NCBI RefSeq assembly: GCF_018977255.1
Contig: NW_024704743.1
Location: 35,528,001-35,592,000 of the forward strand
Reading direction: 5' to 3'
DNA: 64,000 nucleotides
Origin: Callorhinchus milii
Taxonomy: Eukaryota
Position numbers and translations under genes: made by a program. Below the pieces are notes generated by a model that saw only the letters and a list, made by a program, of their open reading frames with translations, did not search any database and had not been told where the DNA came from. Below are positions 13,107-26,747 of the stretch, in pieces (within the stretch, counting starts at the first letter, position 1; each line of letters starts with the position of its first letter).

Positions 13107-14928
13107 CTAGTTGTAATACAAACAGGAAGATCATTAATTTGCTCACTCAATCCATGCCAGTTTGTAGGACACTGTTGTGCACAATTGACTGCCACGTTTC
13201 ACCCACAAGATATACAGTTAATTCACTTTACAGTATATTCTGTAAAGCATTTTGAGACGTCTCAAAGATGTGATAAGGCGCTATATCAAATGCAAGCATT
13301 ATTCTTAAAATCAACAGGGACGAAAAGCATCTCAGGTGCAACAACAAAACTGATCATGGAAAGTTTGATTAGAACAATGCTTATATGTAAATCATTTTTA
13401 CATTCCAATTGAATTTGATGTTAGAAATTAGGCATCTGGGTAATAAGGCTACAGAAGCTGTTAATTGTTCACATTAAACAGCTGGCTCAGGATAAATCTT
13501 ATTGAAATATTCAGGCTCCTAAAGGGTATAAGTAAACTGCATCCAGTAAGATTTAACAGAGTCATAAAATCGACAACTTGTGGACACGGAACCTAGCTTA
13601 GAAGAGAGAAAATGAACAGACAATTGAGATTTAATTACTCTACATGAAAGTGAAAGTGTGGAATAGGTTACCCAGGGAGGCAGCAGAGGCAGATTGTATC
13701 AGCAAGAGGGATTTAAATAGCTATTCAGCAAATAATTTGTAAATAATTTATAGTTTAACATTTTCATTAGTAAAATAGTATATTCCTATCTTCAAACTAC
13801 ACTTCAATGCAGAAAAATGATAATGCTTTGATCTTGTTCCAGAAATGCCATATTGTATTTTCTCTGCAATTCCAAAATTTATATCTGGTCAATTTACCTA
13901 TGGAAATCATGAGCCCAAAGCTCTCAATGGGAAAATTGATAAGATGGACAAATGCAGTTGCAGAAGCTTACTTCCAGCCTACAAAGTTGAGAGTAAGGGA
14001 CCTTTGCATTCCAATTAAAATAGGTTTTGCAGTCTCAGCCTTTGTTCCCAGGAGATACTAGTTCATAGGACCAAATTACGATAACTCTTTGAACACCGAA
14101 AGTCCTCTCTAACTTTCAAAAAGCTGTCCGTTTTCATTCGCAAACAAATTTGTTGCAACAGTTGAGTTGCAAACATTTCTAATGATGAACATTAAAGTAT
14201 AAACAGATAAACATTGTCAACTCTAGAGTAATTAACAGCTCACAACAATAATAGTAAATAATACCTGCATTTGATACAGCGCCTTTCGCATCAGGAGGAC
14301 ATCTCAAAGTATTTCACAGGATTTACTGTAAAGTGTGGTGACTATTTTGTAAGTGAACAACAGTATTCAGTCAATTTGGAAGTGTGACATTTTTGTAAAA
14401 GCTCAATAACAAAAGAGTCTACAAAGGATTAATTTGTACTGAAATAATTAGTCCCAAAATTCCAACTAGTCTAAGCCTATAAGATAATTTTGCCTTAAAT
14501 AGTTAAGATTCCACAAAATTGTGGAAAATTCTTAAATTCAGACTTACTTTGGAAGCTTTTTTTTAAGTACTGCATTGCAGAAAAACGGCTTCGATTATAT
14601 TATTATAAACAGAATTCAAGAAATTTCCACAAGTCTGTGTAGGTTACAGTTTCTTGAATTTCTTGAACAATGTTTTCAGTCAATATGCCCTGAATCTTTG
14701 GAACTTTTAGTATCAATCCCTCTGTCTTGCCCCCTCTTTGCCCATTTTCAGATCACACCTTTCCTCTTCGACCGTGCTTTCAGTCATCTCCCCTATTCGT
14801 CCAGCTCAGCATCAAACCACACCGCTGTTTAAGTGCTTTGAGATGCTATTAATGCGAAGGGTACTATATAAATGGTGAATTTGATATGAGCAGAACCTCC
14901 AACTCTTCATCCGGTTATTAGATCTTAC

Positions 14929-15067
14929 CAGATTGAATCCTTTGTGAACTCTAAATCCTTCTTTCCATTTTCGTCAAGAATCACGTCAGTCACCAAGTCA
15001 CCATCATTATCATGAGCTGAGGAATAGTTAGTGATAACTCTCGAAGGGATTCCCAAGCAGCGAAGAA
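14929..15067 (-). CDS. F13A1: F13A1 exon 8: [47 protein letters not shown]
   Basis: 139 nt, hand-translated; taccag| and TG|GTAAGA; LRCLGIP.R..TN..SAHD motif. Confidence 0.97.
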
Positions 15068-16365
15068 CTGGTATAATATAAGAGAACAGGTTAAACTCCA
15101 GCGTTTATTGGCACAGTAACTGAAAGCTCGGTCACCCATGGTGCCAGAGAGAAGTCAGTGGACACATAACCTGAGTTAGCGGAGTGGAGAGCAGAGGAGT
15201 ATTTTTATAGGAATAGGGTGGGAGAAGATTGGAGAGATAGTGAGGTGCTGAAGCATGGAAAGATTTATAGGTGAGGGTGAGGAACTTGAAATTGATCCGC
15301 TGCGAGACGGTAAAAGTAGAAACTTCTAGAAATGATGAGGTGAGAAATGTGCCATTCGTGATTATTTTCGGACTTTCCTCATCTGCCAACGTGCCAGTCA
15401 ACAGCTGGTGAACACCTCTCCCATCTCCTCATCCTGTTAGCTGGGTCTAAATGTTCTTACTGAAAAGGCAGCGTTCCCATTATGTTTCCTAAATATGGGG
15501 CACTAACCAGTAACCAGATGTTTGTCTTAAAACAATGTTAGAATACTCATTCTTGCGTGTTTTTGCATATGTGTCTATCACCATAGAGTGTAAAAAACAT
15601 ACACTAACTCAATTGCCTTTTGCTATGGAAATACACATGATGTATGTACAGATACACTCAAACACATCCATAATTATTACTACAATAGAGCACTTATTAT
15701 CTGCGGGCTAATTATTCACATGTCCATTCATCCACATCAGGCTCTGATACACGAGTGGACATGGGACTGTGAGGTACCAGCAAAACCCCTGTGGTGCATA
15801 CATATGAAGTTACAGACGTGCAAGCGAGGTTGCTTGAGATACCATTGAATCATGCTGACTGGCTAAATCACATCACTATCAATCCTCACATACATGCGCA
15901 CACAAATATTTCCAGTAACTGAACTAAGTCTTTATAGAGTGTAGTTGGAGTCAGAAAGAGACGGAGATAGTCATAATGTGTAGAAAGAGGAAAGAAAAGT
16001 TACAAAACTTGGAAAGAGAGAAAAGCTGAAAGAAGGAGTGAATCACAAGAACAAAAATAGCAGAAAGGGAATGACTGGCACAGTGTGGCATATAGCACAA
16101 TGACAGTATAATCATTAATGGAACATTTTTTTTGTTAGCACTGTGGACATTTTGTATTTTATGCAATGTCCAATTATCCAGACTGTATACTTGTCCACAA
16201 TAGGGAAGATCCCAATTAGTGCAGATAATCAGCTCTCCACTCTAGAGAGGTGTGTATACACACTTTACACGTGCACATATTATATACACATATACACATA
16301 ATTCATGCACTGCCTGTTATTACTTTCAAGATACACACGTTCTACTGAAATATCACAGTTCTTAC

Positions 16366-16540
16366 CCGTATTGAATACTGCAGCAAAGACCCAGCACTGT
16401 CCGTAACGCACTGGCTGTCTTGTGCGGAAATATTGTAACAAAATATCGACACTGCTGTTCCAAGCTGTGGGGGCCACTCCATCACCATAAGCACCTGTCC
16501 AACTTCCAACAAGGATACCATCTTCGTCCAGAGAATTAAT
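16366..16540 (-). CDS. F13A1: F13A1 exon 7 with catalytic Cys (VRYGQCWVFA; Cys codon 16394-16396)
   Basis: 175 nt; gactag| and G|GTAAGA; transglutaminase active-site signature GQCWVFA. Confidence 0.98.
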
Positions 16541-18425
16541 CTAGTCAAAGAGAATCTCTCATTTTTCATGTAATGTGATTTATTCCATCATTTGTAAACA
16601 GCAAGAAGTTAATCACATTAAACTGTAAAGTTCTACTGGAATCCTGCAATTACTGCTTTAATGCTGGGCAACTAATGCTTTAAATTGGAGGAACAGACTT
16701 CAATACATAATGTAGCACAACTTTGTTATATGATCCCAATTTAAATATGACTAAGACTTAACAAAACATGCGTAGCAATGTATAAAGGTGGCTGTCCATT
16801 TCTGTTTTAATTTGATGAGATTTATGACAGTGTAACGATTGCAGTTTCAGATCTGCTATGATTCATTCTCCTGCTAAACAATTTCTGTGAGTTGGATTCC
16901 TCCAGTTCTATTCGCATTACTGAGGAGTTGTGGAATTGGTTTTCTGAAGCACGATTCCAAAAAATGACTATGTACGGAGTTGCGTTACAAGCCGAGTTGT
17001 TGATAATTACTCTTGTTGCATTCCAACTGAAACCACTTACAAAAAGCAGAACGTTCAGAAATTTAAAATCCCATGCTTTAGATTTTAGTGCCAAAAACAT
17101 GCTATTCACATTAAAACAAACTGCTCCACTCTATAATTCCTTTAGCATATCATAATCAGTAGATACAGGACTGTTCTGGTGGAGGATTATACTCTTGACT
17201 TTCTCTTTCAGATACTTTGTCGTGCTGTGAATTTTCGGCACTTCCTCCTAATTTGTTTGCATTGCTCAGAAGATCAGACAATCTTTACGTTTTGTTTACT
17301 TTCCTCCTTAGGGATAGCTTTAAACAGCAACAACAAAATTACATTTGTATAGCACCTTTCACATCGGGAGGACGTCCCAACGCACTTTAAAGTGGAGAGG
17401 TTGCGAGGCGGAGGGACTCCAAATTGGAGAGTAGGGATAGAGTAGCTGAAAATTTGCCCACTCTTGTTGGGGCGGATTGGGCAGGAGACATGAAACAGAT
17501 CAGCCTTCACTGACAAGCATCAATATCAAATTCTAACGGATGACCGAGCAAGTCTACCATATCAATGCCTGAAACGTCTATGAATTTACTGCTTGCATCA
17601 TATTCTCTTGAGTGCCCAAATCTCCAAATGCAATTAAGTCTAAATTAAGTCGAGAGGATCCTAAGCTAACTATGCATGGAAACTTGTTTTATTTAGTTGA
17701 CAGAGAAACCAAAGCATCTTTCAATAAAAGATGGAAAAGAAGAACGAGTTTAAATCATGCAAAATTCTCATGGTTTTGGGAAGCTTTCCCACTGCTTGTG
17801 AAACGAGGACCACCCTCCCAGTTAAGGCTTTAGTTTGTCTAAATGGGAACAGTCCTTACCCCCAGTGGTCTTCCCCTTCAGTTCCTGCAAATGATGTAGG
17901 CTGGCTAGTCTTTGATCAGCACAGCCCCTTACTAGCTCACAAACCAGACTACCAAGACCACCACAGAGGGTTGACTCGATTCAGACATTCTGTTGCCAAA
18001 TCACCTTGCTCAACTCCAAGGAGACCCAGCTTACTTTCCTCTTCCCCCCCACACCGTCCCCCCCATCCTAGGAAGATAAATTTGCAGTGTGAAGACAAAT
18101 TCCTTGATGCCAAGTGCCTGTAAGTGAAATATGGACTATTCATCAATGAAACCTAAAGATGAAACATCTGAGATCAAACTCCCCGGTCCAGCAATTGGAT
18201 TCCTGTCACAACAAATGGTTCAACAGCAAAGCTATTTGGGTCAGACGGACAGATGAAACCACTTTGCTCATCAATTGAAAGGTTGACTGAGAGCTTTCTG
18301 TTTAAAATTAGCTACAAGAAGGGAGTTATTGTAATTGGTGAAAATCCAAGACAACAATCCAAGCTGCCTTAAGATGGTTCTGTATTATAAAGAATAGTCT
18401 TAAATTGCATAATTTTTAAACTTAC

Positions 18426-18533
18426 CACTGCAGACGCAACACGACAAACTTTGATCGGGCATCCTCTTGCTTGCAGAGGCATCCGTGCCCTGTCCAGTGC
18501 ATATAGGCAAGAGTCCAATACACCACTTTCAAA
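18426..18533 (-). CDS. F13A1: F13A1 exon 6: [36 protein letters not shown]
   Basis: 108 nt, translated by hand (not in the ORF track); atgtag| and |GTAAGT. Confidence 0.95.
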
Positions 18534-19303
18534 CTACATGGAATTAAGGCAGAGGAAATTACATTTGGTAATAGATTAGTACAAAATGCACAATCATTTT
18601 ACGCCAATGAGTAAATGTAATCATTTTTTAATCTTAACAATCCCTGAATATAAGAATATTGATTTTCAACTGTCAATAAATTAATTAACAATTCAATTAA
18701 TTATTTTATTTTCATGTTTGCCAGTACATCTCTACTACATTAGTGTTTTTGGCAACTGAATTGTAACTGGAGCATTTTTAAACACACAAAGGGGGTTTAG
18801 CGCATGTCAGATACCTGGCTGGCCAAAAGGTTGTCTGTAAATACATAGGCACTACCTTCACAGAAAAAAAAATTGTGGTCGGACCTTCAGCCTCTCTGCC
18901 CCACCCTTTAGAACTCCATTCACCAGTCACTTTGTTATGCTCCCTCCCTTGTCTCCTTCAAGGGCATGTCTCAAGACCCTCTTCTTCGATTGCGCATTCG
19001 ACCACCCTCCTAACCCTACCCTCCCTGACCTCCCCCTCCCGGTCCCAACCGCCTGCTTGGGTCCCTGACTGTCCAGTGCCATGGGATGTCCTTCTGACAT
19101 GAAAGGCGCTTTACAAATGGAATTTGTTGTTCTTGTTGAAGCCACATCCTTTTGAATCAGAGGCGAGAGTGCTACCAACAGTCCCAGCCTGATATTTTGC
19201 TGGCAAACTGCTACAGAAAAAGAGTTGGAGTTTGCAAGCTATAGTTCCAGATTAATATCATTAGTTTCAAAGTTTTCAAAAGATAATCAAAGGCAATCAT
19301 TAC

Positions 19304-19422
19304 CTGACCAAAAATCCAAGCTCTAGAGACCACTTCAGAGGCCTCTCCATAGTAAAGGTGACCAATATCGTTTAAGATGTATTCTTCTTTCTCCGCCTCA
19401 GTGTCCATGTAGACTGCATCAT
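19304..19422 (-). CDS. F13A1: F13A1 exon 5: DDAVYMDTEAEKEEYILNDIGHLYYGEASEVVSRAWIFGQ
   Basis: 119 nt; attcag| and CAG|GTAATG; frame continuous with its neighbours. Confidence 0.96.
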
Positions 19423-20804
19423 CTGAATCAGATCAAGATATCCATTTAAAAGTTTATATTAAAAAAAAGTCTGTTTTGGGTTCTGGGTCCTGAGCTTATA
19501 ATTTAGGTTAACATTCCAGTGCAGTACTGGGGGAGTGCCTGTTGAAATGAATGTTAAAGATCCTGTGACTATTTGAAAAGTGAAGGGAGTTTCTCCCAGT
19601 ATCCTGGCCAACAATCCTCCAGATAAATTGATCATTAACTTCATGGCTATTTGTGAGGCCTGCTGTGTGCAGATTGGCAGCTGCATTGGCCTACAAATAG
19701 TCACTACACTTGACAGCAACTCAGCGTGATAAAGCTCTACAGCATGCAATTTATTTATTTTTATGTGATTGATGGAGAATTGTGGTTGGTTTACAGTGAG
19801 TAATTAGACTACAATTTACTCCAGGGCTTCCGGTATTACCATAAGTTTAATAGTTTATTGGTGTCATCTAAACTCTGAGATGATGCAGCCTCTTACTCTG
19901 CTATATGCAGTAATTTGTTATTGTGTACATGATATTTGCAATAAAATGAAAAGATTGCTAATGTTGGCTATAAAAAGGGCTCAAATTGCACAAACTAAGA
20001 TTGTGAGAGATCACTTTAATACTATCTGCACAAGATGATATTACCACGATTGACAGCTGGGTATAAGCGGATCAATTTGCAGTTTTAATGTAGAATAATA
20101 AGATTTTTAAGAGCCTAATATATAACAATGCATCAAAAGTTATTATTGTTACATAAGCGTTTTTCTACTCATGACTAGCCGTTATTTCATGTACTGCATA
20201 CTGAGAATCTTAACAGGCTATGTGGGCATGAAACAAATTAAAGATTAATTCTCTGCTCCTCAGTACAGATTTGCCAACATTTATGGTGGGAGTTTATAAT
20301 GGGAAAATCACATCATGGAAACATACTATTCAAGGTCAGTCGTTTTACTGACCAGTGGAGTATCAGAGGCATGTGTCCAGGATGAGGGAAATTCACTGAT
20401 AAAGCCCTGAATTTCTAAGACATGAATTAGGAGACATTCCACCTGGGTCTACATTTACACATTTTATGCAGCATTTCAAAGAATCCAGAATTTGGCAAAT
20501 TCTTAAATCCAGCCTTGATTTTTAAGCTATTTTTCTGCCAGCTCTTTTAAGAAAATAGTTTTCAAAGTAAGCACTGAATTCAACCAAATTTGGATGCTCT
20601 GAAATAAATAATAATAATCCTTAAATTTGAAGTAACGACTTTCACATTGGGAATCCTGTGATACGCCTCTAGGCATATCACAGGATTTACCGTAAAGTGT
20701 GGCAATCCACACAACGAACCATGAAGTAAAATGCCAAGAAAATAGAGTATATCTAGACTCGGGTGGAACTGGTTCCCACAAGTATGTTAAATATAATACA
20801 GTAC

Positions 20805-21056
20805 CTGAACACCAAGGATTGAAGAGAATGTAGAGATCTGTGTCTGAATCTCTAGCTGTTCTGCGGATCCCATATGGTGTCATTATAGCTACGTACATTC
20901 TGAATCGTCCAACAGGACAGTAAGCAGGGGACATGATTGAAAGACTGAGGGTGTTTTGCCAGGTGGTCATTATTTTTGCTCCCCATTTTCCTTGCTCCAG
21001 CTGTTCTTCCAAGTAAATGGGGATGTAGGTTCCTTTGGTGATATTTGGGTACCGAC
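20805..21056 (-). CDS. F13A1: F13A1 exon 4: GRYPNITKGTYIP...GKWGAKI...YILFNPWCS
   Basis: 252 nt; tttgcag| and |GTACTG; closely matches FXIII-A GRYPQENKGTYIP...YILFNPWC. Confidence 0.97.
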
Positions 21057-23487
21057 CTGCAAAAAAAGTAATATGTGAGTTCCTGCTCAATAATGACGTT
21101 ACTTAAATAGTAACAACAACAACAACAAGATTTGTATAGTACCTTTCATGTCGGGAAGATGTTCCAAGGTGCTGGACTTAGGTGTGTGTGTGTGTGGTGT
21201 CCCAACACACATACACACAGCATAAATTATAATCTATGCACTCACTGTATATATCAGCTCTGTCAGGAATCTTTCCAGAATCTGAGTTACAACCCCAAAG
21301 AAAGCCTAAGCAAACATTATTCATATCTGCTCAAGTTGTCTGTCCTCTCTGCTCGTCTATGAGTATACTCTTCACATGTTCATCAACAAATCAGACAGCT
21401 TTGGTAAAGTTGGCCTTCCTTAATAATCGGTTTGCTTGTGGAATACACAGTAGATAGCTGTCTGGCTGCTGAGCGGTATTCTCAATCTTCCTCTTTCCAT
21501 CTACTCCTCAATATCTTCAATAGCTGGCTTCCTTTGTGCGCCTGCACACTGTACAAACACAGTTAGCTGGTCAGCTGCAACCAATCTCACAATATCTGCA
21601 TGGACAGTCTTCCAAATAAGGAATTTGAACCACTAGGGCAATTGCTTGCATCTTATACTTGCCTACCTACATTTTGAAAACCAAAGAGTAAAATTAGAAG
21701 CAACAAATACCAAGTGACCCCAAGTTTCAGTTCCAAAAATATCAAGACATTGATATTACAAGATTATTACATTACAACAGGTTGCACCCTCCACCTCGCC
21801 CCCTCCTTTGCCTCCTTCAAGGCCTATCTCAAGACATTCCTTTTTAGCCGTGCCTTCGGTCATCTGCTTTCCTGCACCTCTCTTGCCCTCCATCAATCTC
21901 TGGTCCCAATCACCGGCTTGGGTGCAAAACCCTCACGGCCCACAACCTTTGGGAGTCCTCCCGATGTGAAAGGTGCTATACAAATGTAATTTGCTGTTGG
22001 TAGGGTAAAGCATCATCGGGTTTTTTGAGTCATCGGGTTACACCTGACACCACCACTAGCTGAGGGCAGTGTGCATGTGTAGGAAACTGGCCAGTCTACC
22101 CTAGAAACCACAAGTGTTCACTTTCACACTCTCAGTAACCATGAGTCCAAAGGACACTTGCGTTCTCACAAACCCGTGAGGAGCTTAATACAGGTCGTGC
22201 TGTATCAGAGAATCTTCTCCATTATTATGTCATTGTGAATAGTGTAAAGATGTTGGATTTTAAAAACGTAAAAAATGAACACTTAAGCTATCAACTAATA
22301 AATTTCAAGCACATAGCAACAAGCTAAAGATTAACACAGATGGTTTGTGTTATATCATGTATCTCCCTGTGGAAATCTTTTTACTGAATACCCAAGATGT
22401 AAAGTCACTGGTTTTGGTTGTTTGCTGTTATTTTGCTACATTTTATAAGACATCTGCAGGCCAGACTTATTCTGCAAATTGTTACCATGATGGGATGCAG
22501 GCAATTACTTTACACAGCAGCTCAAGCTGAACAATGCATAATCTCCACATCTTTCTGTGTTCTCAGCAACCACTGGGGTGAGTTTGGCCAGACATTTCTT
22601 CATGTTATAAATTCCTCTCGATCTCCAGGCTCATACTGCACTTTACTTCACAGTCACGAAAGGCCTTCTCCTGCTGGTTTGTTCGCTAACAAGACATGAT
22701 GCCTACCATCAACTAACACTGACTGGCTGATCATGTGAAAGGGCAAAACAACGGGGTGGAGGCCTTCCATGTGCCAAATCCTTAAAATAGCAATATTTTA
22801 TTACTTGCTTTTAATGGGAAATTCCACTATTAACAAGTAAAGATTATCTATATTTTCGGCACCTGTAAATCAGGGCTTAATAGTCTCCAATAAAACAGTT
22901 GTCTGGGCTGATTGCAACTTGGCCTTCAGAGAATATAGATGCTTAAAAATGAAATAAATAGCACAGGAAGTGCTAAACACCTCCAATGGTAGGAAAACTA
23001 CATAATAACTGATAGATAAATTGGTAACACTTTGATAACACTCTGCTTCAACTTACAACCCGAATTGATTTGCCCAATACATTTTACATGCATAAATTCA
23101 TACAAAATAAATGAGAGTGTGATCACTGCTCAGGGAATACGGGCCAACACTGAGACCTAATAAATATCTCTAGTGAAGCTACCTTGGCAATATATGAGGA
23201 ACCCATGGCTGCCTCATAATGCAGACATTTGTCATGTTACATTGCTACCAAAGTTTGTAGGCTGTCAAAGTGAAAAAATTGGAATGAAATGAAAATTTTT
23301 GTTGAATTTTTTTTGTAGCCCAAGAAAGTTGGTTTAAGCTCCTTTGGAATGCCACTTGATCATTCACTGCTATATCGTTTCTAAGATCAGAATAAGTGTA
23401 AATAAAACAATGTAAAGATACACATCACAATGCGAGTTAAAAGTTCCACTATTTATATGAACACACCAAAAGTTACATCACATCAAA

Positions 23488-24275
23488 CAACAACTTGCAT
23501 TTATATAGCACCCTTCAAGCGGGGCAGCATCTCGGATCGCTTAACAATGTACTGTGGAGTCTAATTTACAAAATACCTTATTTACATCATCATTACATCA
23601 AATTATTTTTGGCAAAAGGTGAGGGATTGTGGAATGAAGTTTCTTTCTGCCCCCACCCTCGTGGAGCAGGCCAGAGCCTGTTGAGTGGAGGGAGCGAATA
23701 GGTTGATATGGGGATAGCAGGTCGCAGAGGAAGGAAGGAGCAAGGCTGTGGAAGGCCTTGAAGGCAAGGATGAGGATTTTGAACTTTATCCTCTGAGGAT
23801 GGGGAGCCAGTGGAGCCGGGTGAGGGTGGGGATGGTGGGGTCATGGAGCCTGGTGCGGGAGAGGACATGAGCTGCAGAGTTCTGGAATGATTTGCAGTTT
23901 GCGGCAGGAAAAGTTGGGAAAGCTGACAAGCAGGCAGTTGGCGTAGTCGAGCCTCGATGTGATGAATGCGTGGATGAAGGTTTCAGCGGCCTGCAGTGTG
24001 AGGCAGTGGTGGAGCCGGGCGATGTTGCGGAGGTGGGGGAAGGCAGAGCAAGTCATGACATGAACGTGGGGCAGAAAGGATAGTTGAGAGTCAAACAAGA
24101 AGCCAAGGTTCTGGACTGGCTTAGTAAGGTGAAATGTGCATTGTTGTATGGTGATGCTGTCAGGGCCTGAGGTGAGGAGGCACTGACGGGAGTCAATCAG
24201 TAGGGCCTCGGTCTTGTTGACGTTCAATTATTGAAAGTTAACTCTTATTCAAGACTTGATGTCTGACAGACATTC
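23488..24275 (-). mobile_element. L2 LINE 3' fragment
   Basis: NVNKTEALL..NLGFLFDSQLSF..HAFITSRLDYAN. Confidence 0.88.
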
Positions 24276-25581
24276 GATTGGTCATCCCAGACACAGGGAT
24301 TCAAAACCTTCCTTCAACATCTCCCGTGTGTGGTATGACTATCAGTCACTTGTATTGAACTGTGGGTTTTCAACCTTGAAACCAATTGATAGTCTTCAAT
24401 TGTCCATTAAATGATTTGAGAACTTTGATGCTATTTTCTAACCCATTGATGAAAGACACATGGAAAAAAACATGCACTAATTTAGGCCAATTTTAGGACC
24501 AAGATTCAGATTGCACCTGAAGACCTTCCTCTTTGATGATGCCTACAGTCAACTCCCCTCTCTCCCCGGCTCAGCGTCAAGCTCCGCCACTGTGAAGCAC
24601 CTCAAGGCACCTGGGTGAAGGATGCTACATAAATGCAAGCTGTTGTTGTTGTAAAGTGGGAATGTTTTAACATACCACTGAAACAGCATCATCATTAAGA
24701 CGTCACCCCTCTCGTGAGATAAAAGGAAAGTAATCCGCACTATTAATGCATTTATCTCAGAGTAAGGAGAGCCACTGAGATGAACACATAGAATATAAAC
24801 AGCAGTGAGACACAGGATGTTGCAAAGTAAATCACTGATCAATATCTAAGTCCATATCCCACTCACGCGCAGAGGGCAAGCAGGATACCATGTCAAAGTG
24901 TGATGAAGAGACCTAATTTCAGTAAACCGCCTCTTACAAGCTGTTTATCCTGTTTGTGTCACACCTTTTAGTCGAAGCATCAGCGGGTAGTTCCCAGGAT
25001 AGCTTGTGGGAGAAATAACACCCGCTGCAACCACCACATGCATGGCATAACTCTAGCCCTCGATAAAAGGAGTAACTTAATTAAAACTAAATCTCAGTTC
25101 AAACTGCTACATCACTGAGAAGATTTAAAGGGATTACATTAAAAGCAATCCCTGTATGTTAACATATCGGCAGATGGGAAGAACCAGGAACCAGATGCTA
25201 GATGACAAAAAAAATCTAACCTGATAAATGCTTTAAAAAAATGTTGAGAATTAAACAAAAAGGGACTCACACAAAGAACCACAACTTGATTAAAGGAATC
25301 CTTTGTATACTCCCTGGTTATTGTTAATTATAACAATCTTTGCATTTGATTATTATGTGCCTATAATGTCAAAATATCTCAAAGTGCTTCATAGGCAATT
25401 GCGGTCACTTGAGATAACTGTGTATTTGTCAGTAAATGCCTATAAATTCTATGGTTCTGTGTATAATGCAAGACATTGTTGTTTTGACCAGTGGAGATGG
25501 TAGCAGGGCAATTCTCTTCATTGTTCCAAGGGCCAATAGTGCTGACATTTCATTTGACTGATACTTTCCTAGGCTGCTGAG

Positions 25582-25960
25582 AATAATAATAGTCCTTGCA
25601 TTTGGTATAGTGCTTTATCACATCTTCTAAGTATCTCAAAGCGCTTCACAGGATATACTGTAAAGGGGATTGACTGTATATTTTATTGGCGAAACGCGGC
25701 AGCCAATTGTTCACAGCAGTGTCCCACAAAAAGTTATGGATTGAGTGACCAAATTATTATTTCTTTTTTTTTGAAGGGATTATTACCTCCAGAAAAGCAA
25801 TCCGCCAATCGACTAACAACCAGGTTCTTACTTACTGTTACGTAAACAGCAGTGTGTGGAGTACAAAAACTTGCCTAACGTTTCGCTCTGCCCAGGAATC
25901 GAACCCGGGTCCTCTTGCTTGCAAGATGAGTGCTCTAACCACTACGCTACAGGCCTCCAC
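25582..25960 (-). mobile_element. tRNA-derived Deu-type SINE, full length
   Basis: Reverse complement of the family, from head to (TTA)n tail. Confidence 0.88.
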
Positions 25961-26558
25961 AATCACGTTTGATTACCTTTCAACTCGCATACCACCAGAT
26001 CAATTGGTCATGTCCCCACATGGCTGATTGTGGCATCTCACTGCGCACAAGTGGGCGTCTGCATTTGCCAAACAGTCAATTGATGTGACAGCAATTCCCG
26101 CTGAAACGCTTTGAGATGTTTCAATATTATAAGCACTTTATCAAATATGAGAATGATAGTTTCATCCATGTCCTCTTCTCACAATGCCTCCTATCATATC
26201 CAACCAATTCCAATTATCCTGGTAGTGCTGAAGAAGCGAACTTGTGCCATCCAAGGAATGAGCCCTACCGAGTGCCTGTGGTTGGAACCTGCCAACTATA
26301 GTACTTCCAGCGGCTGGTGCGGGTGCCTATTGTACAGTCTGCTGGGTTTCCCTCACACGTACTGCTTGATTGGTTGCTGAATAATGGAGGGTGGGTGTCG
26401 TGCGCCTGTCAGATGATTCCTGAGCTACATGTGTGCGTGGGCCGGGGAGGAAGAAGAAAAGAGAAGGGGATAGATCACTGGCAGGAACTCAATTGAATCT
26501 ATTGTGCTGCTGAAGTACAGCCTGAGTCTAACTAGCTACATCGTGGTTAAGCACTCAC

Positions 26559-26747
26559 CTATCAAGAACTCGACCCAGAACTTGTCCTTTCCCTGAACGT
26601 AGGGGCGGTTGAAACTAATTCTGATTTCGAAGCTTTGGCCCCGCCGTACGATTAGGTTGTCGGACTCATACAGATCGGTGCGATGCTGCTTCTTGTTGAT
26701 GTCATCGGTACCCGGGAGGACATCAACACTCCAAACAGTCAGAAAAT
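26559..26747 (-). CDS. F13A1: F13A1 exon 3 (beta-sandwich): DFLTVWSVDV...HRTDLYESDNLIVRRGQSF...WVEFLI
   Basis: 189 nt; acceptor ttaaag|, donor |GTGAGT; transglutaminase LIVRRGQ motif; phase 1-1. Confidence 0.96.

Noticed and set aside
16366..16540. Assignment as TGM1 or TGM2 instead of F13A1
   Set aside because: The activation-peptide exon, the GRYP..KGTYIP and NYHCWNE motifs, and the exon sizes fit F13A1 better.
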